A model generated the notes under the pieces. It was not told the origin of the DNA. It saw only the letters and a list, made by a program, of their open reading frames with translations, and did no database searches. A DNA stretch of 64,000 nucleotides, from contig OZ024745.1 of assembly GCA_964016885.1 (NCBI GenBank), positions 4,092,001 through 4,156,000 of the forward strand, written 5' to 3'. Below are positions 1 to 10,840 of this stretch, in pieces. Within the stretch, counting starts at the first letter, position 1, and every line of letters starts with the position of its first letter. Position numbers and translations under genes: made by a program. The stretch comes from Eledone cirrhosa. Taxonomy: Eukaryota.

Positions 1-57
1 TGGCCTGTTATTTCTATATTCAAATTCTATCCTAATTGGATCTAATGGCCTGAAGAA
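1..57 (-). CDS. HNRNPH: hnRNP F/H-like gene, coding exon 7 (partial, runs off window), qRRM3
   Basis: Acceptor ttgttatttgcag| then FFRPLDPIRIEFEYRNNRP, in phase 0 with the previous exon. Confidence 0.88.
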
Positions 58-141
58 CTGCAAATAACAAGTAAAGTTGTATAATTATAAATTATGCACA
101 TATACAAATTTAAAACAAGTTTGACCAATATGTATACTTAC

Positions 142-371
142 ATCTCTGATATCCTGTTCAATTGCTTGGAATGGTAACCCTCTCATGTGTACTGAATGAC
201 CAGATTTACTGACATACATACTGCCAGGAGTTGCACCCTTTGGTCTTGCAAAAGATCCTTGTAATCGACCTCTAGTTTGAGGACGAAGAGTACCTCTCCT
301 GTTGATTCCACCAAAACCCATTCCACCGCCATAACCACCTCCATACTCATCATAGTCATCCTCAAAAAATC
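142..371 (-). CDS. HNRNPH: hnRNP F/H-like gene, coding exon 6: Gly/Tyr-rich region and start of qRRM3
   Basis: tttgtag|GA...AGAGAT|gtaagt; encodes SGHSVHMRGLPFQAIEQDIRD, typical of qRRM3. Confidence 0.93.
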
Positions 372-461
372 CTACAAATATAAATATAAATATATACAAT
401 AAAAACAGTTCCATTTTACATATTTAACAGTAATCAAAACTATTATATATAAAACACTCAC

Positions 462-667
462 CTTTGACATTGCGCCCACCTCTTCCTCGACCATAACCAC
501 CAGCAGCAAATCCACCACCACCCATGGCGTTCATACTACCACCAAAACGATCGTTTCTATCATATGGACCAGGCCTATTACCAGCCATAAATCCTAGATT
601 ACGCTGCCGTGGTGGACCAACATTTGCATAAGCCTCTTGCAATGTACTCGGAAATATTTCAATATAT
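462..667 (-). CDS. HNRNPH: hnRNP F/H-like gene, coding exon 5: end of qRRM2 and GYR region
   Basis: ttttag|A TAT ATT GAA ATA TTT (R-YIEIF) ... RPGPYDR motif ... AAAG|gtgagt. Confidence 0.94.
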
Positions 668-1835
668 CTAAAATAAGAGAAGATTTATATTAAAACTTGC
701 ACAATGCTTAAAAATATGCAAAGAAAATATTCCCAATTATACAGAGGATACTGAAACTTGGCCAATAAAAATTATATTGATTATAAATTGAAATTATTTA
801 ATATTCAGTATCCTGTGTATTAAATAATGGGAAAATAAAGAAAACTGAAAAAACCCATTCACACATCATCTACACACTAGACACTAAATTAAACCATGTT
901 ATATTGCCACTGTTGTACTAAGGAGCTCATTCAGCCAAAACCCTTAATACTAGGGAGATTTCAATGATCAAGCCTGAGAATTCAGAAACATTAGGCTAAG
1001 ATTTTTTTCTTCTTTTCTTTTAAATCATATTTACAAAAATGTTTTCAGGAAAACATCCAAATGACCCACCAACCAAATAAAGCTAACCTTCAAGCTTGAT
1101 CAAATCAAAAACTCCGTAAAGACATCTAATTTCAAACGGAAATGCCCAAATGCCTCAAACTAGAATTTTAAATCTGTTAGAATACACATCAGAAATACTC
1201 CTGCCAAGGAGGCACCAGCCTCAATTTCATTTTAATCATTTCTTATACAAATGTATTAAATATATCCATTAGAAAATTGACGGTATACACCAACAGTCAA
1301 GGTAACAGTCCGTAAATATAGCTAACTGAAAATATGCCAATCTACATGAATTTTATCCAGTTCAATTTGCCCGTTAAGTCAATTTTTCAAAACCTTGGGC
1401 AAAAATATAATTTTCAAAAGATACAGATCACTAAATATAGGCTGAATGAGCTTTTACATATAAATTACAATATTTAGTCTTAAAAACCCATCTTAATAAA
1501 TTATTGAAAATTTAGTCTACAATGATGATAATACAAAAATTACAGAACTTTATAGAAAAAAAAAAAATTAAAAAAAATAAAAAAATCAATACACAAAGAA
1601 AAATGCTTTTTATTAGAAATAATTAAAAGTTAAGGGCAAATTACAAGCCAACCAAAATTTTAATCAAAAAGTTTCAATTTAATAAAAAGATTTTTAAAAA
1701 AAAAACATTTTTCCAGTGTGCAAATTTATCCCAATATAAATTATTAAAAAAGAATTAAAAAATTAATTCAGTCATTCAAACTCAGCACACAAACCAACAA
1801 TAGATAAGCCCCAACAGGCCCATCCGTCCTCCCAC

Positions 1836-1974
1836 CTGTGCCCCAGTCTTGCCATGTGTTTATCCAATGCTTTTTTGGCTATTTCTGGTGATGCATACTG
1901 TACATAGGCCTCCCCCGTGCTGCGCCCCTGTCGGTCCTCAGGTAGCATAATCCCATTGGGAACAATCTCCAGCC
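1836..1974 (-). CDS. HNRNPH: hnRNP F/H-like gene, coding exon 4 (139 nt), core of qRRM2
   Basis: gtgtag|GG CTG GAG ATT ([27 protein letters not shown]...LGHR) ... CACAG|gtggga. Confidence 0.95.
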
Positions 1975-2657
1975 CTACACACCCGTCCCAATCAGAAAGA
2001 CACATAATGAAGCAACAAGTGAAACTTATCATGCAAAAAATATTAAAAACCAATTTAAATTAAGATAAAATATCAAAGTGCATACAAAAAGTTAAATATT
2101 CAAAATACAAACATTATGTCAATAAAAGGTGGGTTATTAAAGCCCAACCTTTAACAAAGTGAGCAACATTTCATTGTAACAATTAGCAAGATTTTATAAT
2201 TATATTTACAGTAAGTTAACCATTTAATTATCATTCCAAGAAAAGAGGAATAAAGGACTAAAGTTGAAACAAAAGTCTTACAATTTATACAATCAAAGTT
2301 TTAATTACAAAATCACATCAGCAGTACAATACAATACATGGCAAACAACTTTAACAATTCAATTAATTACTAAAAATTAATTATTTATAAAATACAAAAT
2401 ACAGTTTCTAGAGTATTACAGGTGAAATATGTTTAATCCAACCTAAGATAAAAATAGGGAAGAAAACTCACAAACAGCCCCTGAAAATGTAGAATATGTT
2501 AATGTGATATAAGAGGTCTAAACTGGACTACAATATCTTCATAGACTAGTCCAATGTCTACAATAATGGCCTAGTCCACTTTTATAAATTTCATCGATTA
2601 CAATAAAAAGTGGGTAAAAAAATGTGAAAGTTATTTCAATATCAATGAAAATCTTAC

Positions 2658-2801
2658 CTGTGAAAAATTGAGCAATCTCTTCTTTGGAACATCCAAATGG
2701 CAATCCTCTCATCCTTACCACAGCATCACTTTGACCTGTCACCTGGCTTGACCCTGCTCTCTTGATCACCCAATCCATCTCACTCTTCTTAGATCTGAAC
2801 A
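2658..2801 (-). CDS. HNRNPH: hnRNP F/H-like gene, coding exon 3: qRRM1/qRRM2 linker and start of qRRM2
   Basis: tttgtag|TG TTC AGA (VFRSKKSEMDWV...VVRMRGLPFGCSKEEIAQFFTG) ACAG|gtaaga. Confidence 0.95.
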
Positions 2802-2886
2802 CTACAAAGGGTTAAATTGAAAATATTTGATATTGAAAGTAGATTGATCCATAGTAATCGATGATCAATAATCTACACCAACCTAC

Positions 2887-3042
2887 CTTCAATGTATCTC
2901 TGACCCATGTGGGCATTATTCTTCTTCAATGCCAACTCCTTGTCTTCATTACTGACAAACTCCACAAACGCCTCGCCACTAGGTCGACCCTCCCTGGAAT
3001 AAGTGAAGTGGACTCCCAATTCTTCACCATAAACTCGGCAAC
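2887..3042 (-). CDS. HNRNPH: hnRNP F/H-like gene, coding exon 2, qRRM1 (absent from the ORF track)
   Basis: ttgaacag|GT TGC...: CRVYGEELGVHFTYSREGRPSGEAFVEFVSNEDKELALKKNNAHMGQRYIE, GAAG|gtaggt. Confidence 0.95.
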
Positions 3043-3124
3043 CTGTTCAAACAAGACACCATTTATCACTTTCTATTAAGGGCTGTCAATATTTCCCCCC
3101 CCAAAACAGATGTTTTATACGAAC

Positions 3125-3227
3125 CTTCAAAGAACTTGAGAACATCTGAGGCTGTAGCTGCCCATGGTAAACCACGAAGTCTTACAACACAGCCCTCGTC
3201 GTCGTTGTGTTGATCTTGCTGTTGCAT
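3125..3227 (-). CDS. HNRNPH: hnRNP F/H-like gene, coding exon 1 (ATG at 3227-3225)
   Basis: MQQQDQHNDDEGCVVRLRGLPWAATASDVLKFFE, donor GAAG|gttcgt; exon acceptor lies upstream (exon start 3284 or 3262). Confidence 0.92.
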
Positions 3228-4476
3228 GGTGACAGCAAATTTAAGAGAAATATGGAAATTCACTGCAAGTCCTTGTCAAACTTCCTACACAATACAAAAT
3301 ATTTTATTTAAGCAAATCAAATCAGTTTTTTTACAGCAAGAAAATATAAATAAATAAAATGCAAGTGCAGACATGTTTTAACCTATAAAAATAGAAATGT
3401 CCTACTTTAAATTTATTAAAAACTACAAAAATTTGTGAAGAAAAAAAAAAAAAACGAAACAAAGTCGCGTTCCAAGAAAACCGGAAAATTTTGATTTATT
3501 GAAAATATTGTAAAAAGGTGAATATTTGAGGACAAAAGACGGATTTATTAGAGTTTAACATATTTCACAGAGAGAAAGAGAAATATACTTTATATAAATA
3601 TATATTTAAGGTTTATTTAGAATAAATAAGGTTTAATTTAATAAATGTGAAAAAAAAAAAGGGGGAAGTGAATGTCGGCTTTGTTAGGATGGAGGAGACG
3701 GGGAAGAATGGCTTTGTCTTCAAATTATTACAGAAATAATATTTCACTCATTAATAAACAAATACGGCAACGATTTTAGCCAGAAATTGTTAAAATATAT
3801 GTTTTAAACTAATTATTAGTTGAGATAAAAGGAATCTCTATTTTGTTGAACAAGAAACGTGTAAGAAAGACTTCAATATGGAGTACAACCTTTCTCTCTC
3901 TTTATTAATGTTCACTTCATTTCAACATACAATATTTACCAATACTTATGTCGATTAAAATCACTTTCGTTATAAAGTATATATGGAGATATATTAAAGA
4001 ATCATTAAAATGAAACTAAATGAATTTTTCTAACGGAAAATAATAATTAGGAAACAATCAAGTCAATGGCTGAAACAGTTTTTCCCGCCTAGACTTGTCT
4101 TCCTGGATATATTAATGGAAAACTAGCTTTACATATCATTATAGGCTAACACATTAGGATATAACACTAAACAAATTAACACCGCACAAATTTGAAAATT
4201 AGGAAACCAAAATTGAGAAAAATAAGAAAAAAAAATTTTAAAAAGAAACGGATTTTTATTTGTTTCTTGCCCGGCAAGACAAAAGATGGCACGTGCAGCC
4301 GATACGTGATACAAGATAAAACTACTTTTTAACATAAAAGAATAGCTAAAATTATGGTTAAATCGTAATTGATATTTTCCTTAGTACCTTATGAATTAAT
4401 TAATGAAAAATCTAGCATAATATTGTAGATAAAAACATGTAAATACTTTCTTCCGTGTTATAAAGACACACCTTAC

Positions 4477-4510
4477 CTTTTCGTTGACCTGGTAAAGATG
4501 GCGTAGAGGG
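4477..4510 (-). other. Probable non-coding first exon of the hnRNP F/H gene
   Basis: Pyrimidine-rich start CCCTCTACGCCATCTTT followed by a strong donor AAAG|gtaagg at 4477/4476; start position is approximate. Confidence 0.65.
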
Positions 4511-4555
4511 CTTATCGTTTCACTATATACTGGAGCATCATGGGAAATACTCTCC
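4490..4555 (-). promoter_or_regulatory. Core promoter candidate with YY1-like, TATA-like and ZNF143/Staf-like motifs
   Basis: AAGATGGCG at 4495-4503 (second AAGATGGC near 4283); TATATAG on minus strand near 4523-4529; TTTCCCATGATGC on minus strand near 4535-4547. Confidence 0.55.
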
Positions 4556-6004
4556 AATCAACATTTATCACTTTGTTTTTTATATATTTATTAATAATAT
4601 TTTTACTCCCTTATTAATAGTGTATTCTTATAAAAAGAAAAGAAATTTCATAAATTGATAAAATTATTCAATGTTTCTGAAGAACTTTTTTTTAATGCTT
4701 CTATTAGTAGAACGTAGCCATATTGCTCAATAGCTTTCCATGGAATAGTCTTTGTCATCGTCTTTTATCCCAGTCATCTATCACAGACTTTAATTAAATT
4801 CACTATTTTTTAATTGGACAAATATTAAGTTTTTACTCTGTATGCTTCATTCTGGATGAACAATGAGTTTTCTCTTGTAAGTATCACTACATTAGTACTC
4901 CGGTTTTTTTCAACCAATGTTTATGTAGGTCTTTCGTCATACAAACAATCTTCTATATTTTATTCGCAATAGCAAACAACTCCACAAAATACCAATTGTA
5001 ACTCCTTCAATTAAAATATACTTTCACGAGATTTTTGGAAATTAACTCCTGTGTTACCTTGCCATTTCTTATGAGATGTCACTAAAAGATTACTTTAGGA
5101 AAGTTTCTTTTTTGACCAACTTATCGATCTCTATCGATCACAGAATGTCATTTCCTTTCATGTAGACTTAATGTTTGTTGTTGTCTCGTCGCAATATTTA
5201 TAGAATTTCTTTAGAAAATATTTTCTATCAATTAATTCTTCAAAATGTCGATCGAAAAAAAAAAAAAAACTTTAAAACTTGATTTCTTGGTGTAAAATAT
5301 TAAAGTTTCTTCCATTGTCAACAATATTATTTTCATTTTAACCTAAGTCGATAATATACAGATATTATGTTTTGTTTCACTGAAAAGTTTATATTTATTA
5401 AATTTAATGAACATAATTTTATATTCTTACTCTTTTATATAATTTCTTGCTCCAGAAAAACAAATGTGTGACTTTCAATGAATGAAATTATAATGAAGTG
5501 TTGGACAGACTCCAAATCTAAAATAATTAATTATAGAAATAAAATATATTTCATTTTAAAGATAAAGGTTATTACAATGTAAAAATTGACTTTGTTGCCA
5601 CATCATTTGATGAGACATCTATAGTTTATTAGTTGTAATTACTTTCACCGTAAACGAAAGTTAAGACATTAACAATTGTAAGATATACATGTATAACGAG
5701 GAAGTGTGGCATTACAATAGTAGATTAGTATCGTGAAAAACAAAGTGGGCGCTACCATAATATATACTGTTGTGTGAATAACAAAACACCTGCTGCTAAC
5801 GATATTTATAAATATCAAAATTGACAGGAATATCAAACCCATCACAACATGAAATTATAAATAATTCGTAAGAATTTCCCGTAAAATTGTGGCTTTATTT
5901 AAAGTATTAATAACTTAAGTGATACTAATTAGAATCTATTTTTCTTTGGTTGTGGATCTTAGACAGTGTATGTGTGTTCCTGGATAATGTATGCATAAAC
6001 CCGT

Positions 6005-6165
6005 AACTCCTGGTGGAGTGGTAGAGGCGCCGTCATTATATGTGCCATTCTGAGTTCAAATCCCGCCGAGGTTAACTTTGCCTTTCATCCTTACGGGGTC
6101 GATAAAATAAAGTACCAGTAATACACTGGTGAATTTGCTGGCCTTGTGCCAAAAGTAGAAACAAT
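6005..6165 (+). mobile_element. SINE family S1 (tRNA-like head, core CTTTCATCCTTACGGGGTCGATAAAATAAAGTACCAGT)
   Basis: B-box-like GAGTTCAAATCC; near-identical copies at 23765, 44880 and 48520. Confidence 0.8.
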
Positions 6166-6269
6166 TATGTGGCTGTCTTCGACATTTTAAAACCTGGTGG
6201 AGCCCATCCCCTCACCACGTCTGAACACAGCTGATTTCTTCCAGAGAAAGTGATATAGATGGAGAATTG

Positions 6270-6420
6270 ACCCCAGTACTGAACTGGTACCTTTATATCG
6301 ACCTCGAAAGGATGAAAGGCAAAGCTAACGTCAACGTAATTTGAACTCAGAGTACAGAGAAAACCAGAACAAATACCACAAAACATTCTATCAGATCTAA
6401 CGACTCTGTCAAATCGTCTT
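6270..6420 (-). mobile_element. SINE S1, diverged copy
   Basis: Reverse complement of core: ctggtacc..tcgacctcgaaaggatgaaaggcaaag..tttgaactcag. Confidence 0.7.
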
Positions 6421-6529
6421 GTGGATAATGAACCTTAATTTCAAACAGTATTGACCTTTACACAGGGAGTTAATAAAGGGCCCTCTGGGTGGTCCTTTTT
6501 CAATTTATATGTTAATATCTGTATGTTGA

Positions 6530-6680
6530 TATAAAGGATTGGTAGAGAGTCGGATTGCAGTATTTGTTCTGGCTCTTTACATTCTGAGATCCAGCCTAGG
6601 TCAACTTTGTCTTTCATCTGGGGTCAATAAAAGTGCCAATCAAAAAAGCCTTTGCTGGCTTTGTGCCTAAATTAGAAACC
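6530..6680 (+). mobile_element. SINE S1, diverged copy
   Basis: gtcaactttgtctttcatc..ggggtcaataaa..tgctggctttgtgcc. Confidence 0.65.
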
Positions 6681-7654
6681 TTTATCTGTGCATTGATCAA
6701 AGCTTTCTCACTTTGTTAATCCCTCAAAGTTTACCTCATATTGAACTTGTTTCTTTTTGTTGTTTAGAGCAGCACACTTATGACACCGGGAGAAAGTTAA
6801 AATGAAAGTCTTCCCAACAAATCCATATTAAACTTCTTTCTCAGTTTTATCACCTTTGCTCACTGGATGTGATGTTAATCTTAAGCAAGTAACAATACCA
6901 ATTGTTATTTTCTCAACTGGGATGATTAAGAACATCCAGATTGCTGAAAAAAATAATTGTGCCAAAACGTATGAGTAAAATACTTCACTATGTCTGCTTC
7001 CATATTTCATTTTGTTTCCTTTACCTATCACCTGTAGTAATTAGTCTTGTGGCAGTATTGGAGAGGAATGAGTTGTGAATTCAATCAACTATATCTTATA
7101 TTATCAAACCTTAGTTGGAGGAAAGGCGAAACCATTCCTTTTATAGATTGAAATCAATACACTCATCACTATCATATGTTCATTTTCCTTGCTAGCAAGG
7201 TAATGACAGACCAAGTCAAATCTCAGATATGTTGGGGAGCCCACTTATGTACCCATACTGTAAAGAGTGCAGCATGTATTTATGTTGTGACACCAGCACT
7301 ATGGAGGTTGTCCTTGAATACATCTGAAGAGTCTTGTTCTATTGTCTTATTCACTGGATACCCTTCCTATCACCAGCCAATTTACAGTCTGTACTGGGTG
7401 CATTTTATTATGCCACCAATAGTAAAGTGGTTATCCTGCCCTGAGTCCTCTCAACCTTTTTTTGGCATGATTTCTACAGTAGGAAGCTCCTTCCAGCACC
7501 AATTGCCCTATAGTGGCACAGCATTACAACAGTCAGTCATTGACTCATCTGATGAACATACTTGTCCCACGTCCCTCTAATCTTCTCAGCTCCTCTACAA
7601 TCAAAGCCCATGCCTCATTGCCATGTGACATTGTCACTCACACACCCTTCATAA

Positions 7655-7880
7655 GATCATGGGTTTGATTCCTTCACCGGGCAGTGTTGTGTTCATAAGG
7701 TCGTGAGTTGGATTCCTGTACCAGGTGGTTCTTTGTGTGTGAACAAGGCGCTTTATTTTATATTGCTCCATTCCACTCGGTTATAATTCAAGGGACCAGC
7801 CTTGTCACACTGAATCTCTCTGAGAACTATGTTATGGGTGCACACTAATTTCGCAGCTGGAACACTTGTCGTTGGAAAAC
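7655..7880 (+). mobile_element. tRNA-headed SINE relic (S2-type head, B-box region duplicated)
   Basis: gggtttgattcc and gagttggattcc; ctttattttatattgctcca matches the 22892 and 44256 copies. Confidence 0.55.
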
Positions 7881-7960
7881 AGAAGTCTCAAAAAACAGAT
7901 ATATATTGAATGTATTGTAATTAGGCATATACCTTCAATATATATATATAATATAGAAAT

Positions 7961-8011
7961 GGCTTCTACAGGACTAGGACTGTTTCGTTCGGGAGAAATC
8001 ATCAGGAAGCC
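7961..8011 (-). ncRNA. Type I hammerhead ribozyme motif in a short Penelope/retrozyme-like insert
   Basis: Minus strand: GGCUUC-CUGAUGA-uUUCucccGAAc-GAAA-CAGuccuagucCUG-UA-GAAGCC; perfect 6-bp stem I, intact core, GUA cleavage triplet. Confidence 0.75.
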
Positions 8012-8118
8012 CTATATTAAATATTTATACTCTGCTATGTATTGAGTACCTTACTTCCGGTGGTTTCTTCCGATTGAACCCAGGATAAACTTATACATAT
8101 AAATGTATGTATATATAT

Positions 8119-9584
8119 AAGAGTTTAGCGTAAAAGTTGGCGTCCATCAGGGCTCTGTTCTCAGCCCCCTACTATTTATTATTGCCCTTCAGGCTATAAC
8201 AGCGGAGTTCAAGACAGGCTGCCCATGGGAACTCCTATACGCAGACGACCTGACACTCATAGCGGAATCAATGGCCGAGCTAGAGAAGAAATTCCAAATA
8301 TGGAAGCACGGCCTAGAGTCAAAAGGACTTAAAATTAACCTGGCTAAGACCAAAGTTCTAGTTTGTAGGAAAGAAAACAAGGCGGCGGTCCCTTCTGGGA
8401 AATGGTCGTGCTCGGTGTGTAGGAAAGGCGTAGGTAGAAACTCCATTTTATGTCCTAAATGCAAAGTATGGGTGCATAAAAGATGTAGTGGGATCACAGG
8501 TAAGCTAACTAAGAACATAGATTTTACATGTGGCCGGTGTTCTGGTGCAATAAGTAGCAGCAAGTGCCCACAAAATACTAGCTCTTTCAATTGCGCAGAG
8601 GGTTCTATAGAAATAGTGGACAGCTTCCGTTACCTGGGCGATAAAATCAGCAGTGGGGGAGGGTGCACTGAAAGTACTGTAGCTAGAGTCAGAACTGGTT
8701 GGAAAAAGTTCAGAGAGCTTATACCACTATTAGCTGCTAAAGGGTTCTCCCTAAAAATGAAAGGCAGGTTGTACGATGCCTGCATACGAACAGCAATGCT
8801 GCATGGCAGTGAGACCTGGGCATTGTGTGCAGAGGATATACGCAGACTAGAGAGGAACGAAGCTTGCATGCTCCGCTGGATGTGTAACAGTAATATACGT
8901 GAACGGCAAAGCATAAACGAACTAAGGAAAAAATTAGAGATAAGAGGGATCAGATGTTGTTTACTCGAGAGAAGGCTACGTTGGTATGGACACGTGATGC
9001 GCATGAAAGTCGATAGCTGTATAACAAAGTGCAGGGCAATAAAGATAGACGGTAGTCACGGAATAGGCAGACCTAGAAAAACCTGGGACGAGCTGATAAA
9101 CTCCGACCTCACACACTTACACCTCTCCAAGACAATGTCACTGGACCGAGACCTTTGGCGGTACTCAGTAACAGAGAAGACCCGCCTTACCTAAATATAT
9201 AGTAAAACCTACTCCAGCCAGTAGGCATCTCTAACAAAATACACCCCGTCCCACCACCACCACCCCCACCCCATCCACACCACCCCGTTCTATGTAAAGT
9301 TATGTTGGTGCCGCGCCATCGAGGCCGAAACAAATGAGATCGTGTAGGTGTCACGACAAAAAAACACACAGTCCACGCTGTAATGTGGCCGTGTCGGCAA
9401 CACGGTAAAAACCTCCCAGACCCACACTGTAAATGTGGTTGGTGTTAGGAAGGGCATCCAACTGTAGAAAACCTGCCAGACAGTCCTATGCGAGCAAGAC
9501 AATCACTCTTGCCTCAAGTGGGACTACCCCCGTCCAAACCCATGCAAGCGTGGAACACGGACGTTAAACGTTGATGATGATGAT
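8119..9584 (+). mobile_element. RTE-clade LINE, 5'-truncated copy A (C-terminal RT, PHD insert, 3' UTR, (GAT)n tail)
   Basis: GVHQGSVLSP, LLYADDL, FRYLG, RRLRWYGHV and GRPRKTW motifs; open frame to 9194; nearly identical to copy B. Confidence 0.95.
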
Positions 9585-9939
9585 ATATATATATGTATAT
9601 ACGTATATATATATTGAATGCATTGTAATTAGGCATATACCTTCAAAAATATGTGAAGTTTCATAAGGTTTTGTTGTTGAGAAGATGAATTCTATTATAG
9701 GGGATGTTACAGTTATATATATGAAGAGTTTCTGTACAAGTTTACATTTACCAAATTCCATTGACAGAGTATTGGTTAATTTGATGCTGCAGTACATTGA
9801 AGGTGCTGAACTGTGTCTTTCAACCCTCAACTACATGTTTACAAAGCAAATCTTTTGACCACATGCTTGTGTCTATGTACGAGACTTATTTTTTGTTGTT
9901 TTTATTTATGCTCATCCTATGTATGGTAGGATATGGACC

Positions 9940-10215
9940 TGATGAGGGAGTCGCTGGGGTACTATATTGAGGTACAGTGTTTTTAAACTTGGTGGAGCCC
10001 ATCCTCTCTCCAGCCTGATTACAATAGATTTCTTCCAGGAAAAGGATAGAAAGTGAGAGATATAGAGGAAGAATCAACCCCAGTACTAGACTGGTACTTA
10101 ATCAACCTTAAATGGATGAAAGGCAAAGTTGAGCTGAGTGGGATTTGAACTGTGACAGCAGACAGCCACAATGTACTCTATCCAATGTTCTAATGACTCT
10201 GCCAATTTGCCCCCT
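9940..10215 (-). mobile_element. SINE S1, long diverged copy
   Basis: ggatgaaaggcaaagttga..gggatttgaac..ctctgccaatt; shares flank with 6185-6290. Confidence 0.65.
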
Positions 10216-10404
10216 ATCATCCTATATATATTCAGCTTAAAAGATGTAGCATTCATACCAAAAATGTATGAACTACTTAGAATATCAAGCAGTTCAGTTA
10301 ATAATTACCTAATGTTTCTTTAAAATAATTAGTAAGCAATCTCAAAAATATATCCATATATGCCTTTATTGTGAATCACTTTGTGTTAGTGCTACTGCTA
10401 AATA

Positions 10405-10700
10405 ATTGTTTCTACTATTGGCACAAGGCCAGCAATTATCCAGTGCATTACTGGTACTTTATTTTATCGACTCCCATAAGGCAAAGTTAACCTCGACGGG
10501 ATTTGAACTCAGACCGTAAAGGGATGTAACTATGCTGGAAAGCATGATATCCAACCCTCAACCGATTCTGCCAATTCACCGCCCTGCTAAATAATTGTTT
10601 CTTACTTTAGGCACAAGGCCAGCAATTACCCAGTACATTACTGGTACTTTATTTTATCGACCCCGTAAGGATGAAAGGCAAAGTTAACCTCACTGCCCTG
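10405..10700 (-). mobile_element. Two tandem SINE S1 copies (second internally deleted)
   Basis: Core repeated twice; CTGCTAAATAAT occurs three times, delimiting both copies. Confidence 0.8.
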
Positions 10701-10840
10701 CTAAATAATACTGGCTGGTCAGACTTACACTATATGTAAATAAACTTTCAACAGAAATAGTTTAATTACAACATCTATACAATATTGACTTCGACCATAG
10801 AATAATGACAATGTCTTTTAAACCTCAGTATCCTGTAGTA

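Noticed and set aside
880-1010. Possible intronic snoRNA in the hnRNP gene
   Set aside because: Could not identify convincing C/D or H/ACA boxes with supporting hairpins by eye
6828-7031. 67-aa minus-strand ORF after a CAG acceptor
   Set aside because: No recognisable homology, poor pyrimidine tract, no upstream partner exons found
8189-9004. Antisense ORFs over the RTE (also 49893-50708)
   Set aside because: Shadow frames of the RT coding sequence
9935-9960. Other CTGATGA hits (also near 7548, 13553 and 35496)
   Set aside because: No correctly spaced GAAA and stems; part of SINE or random sequence
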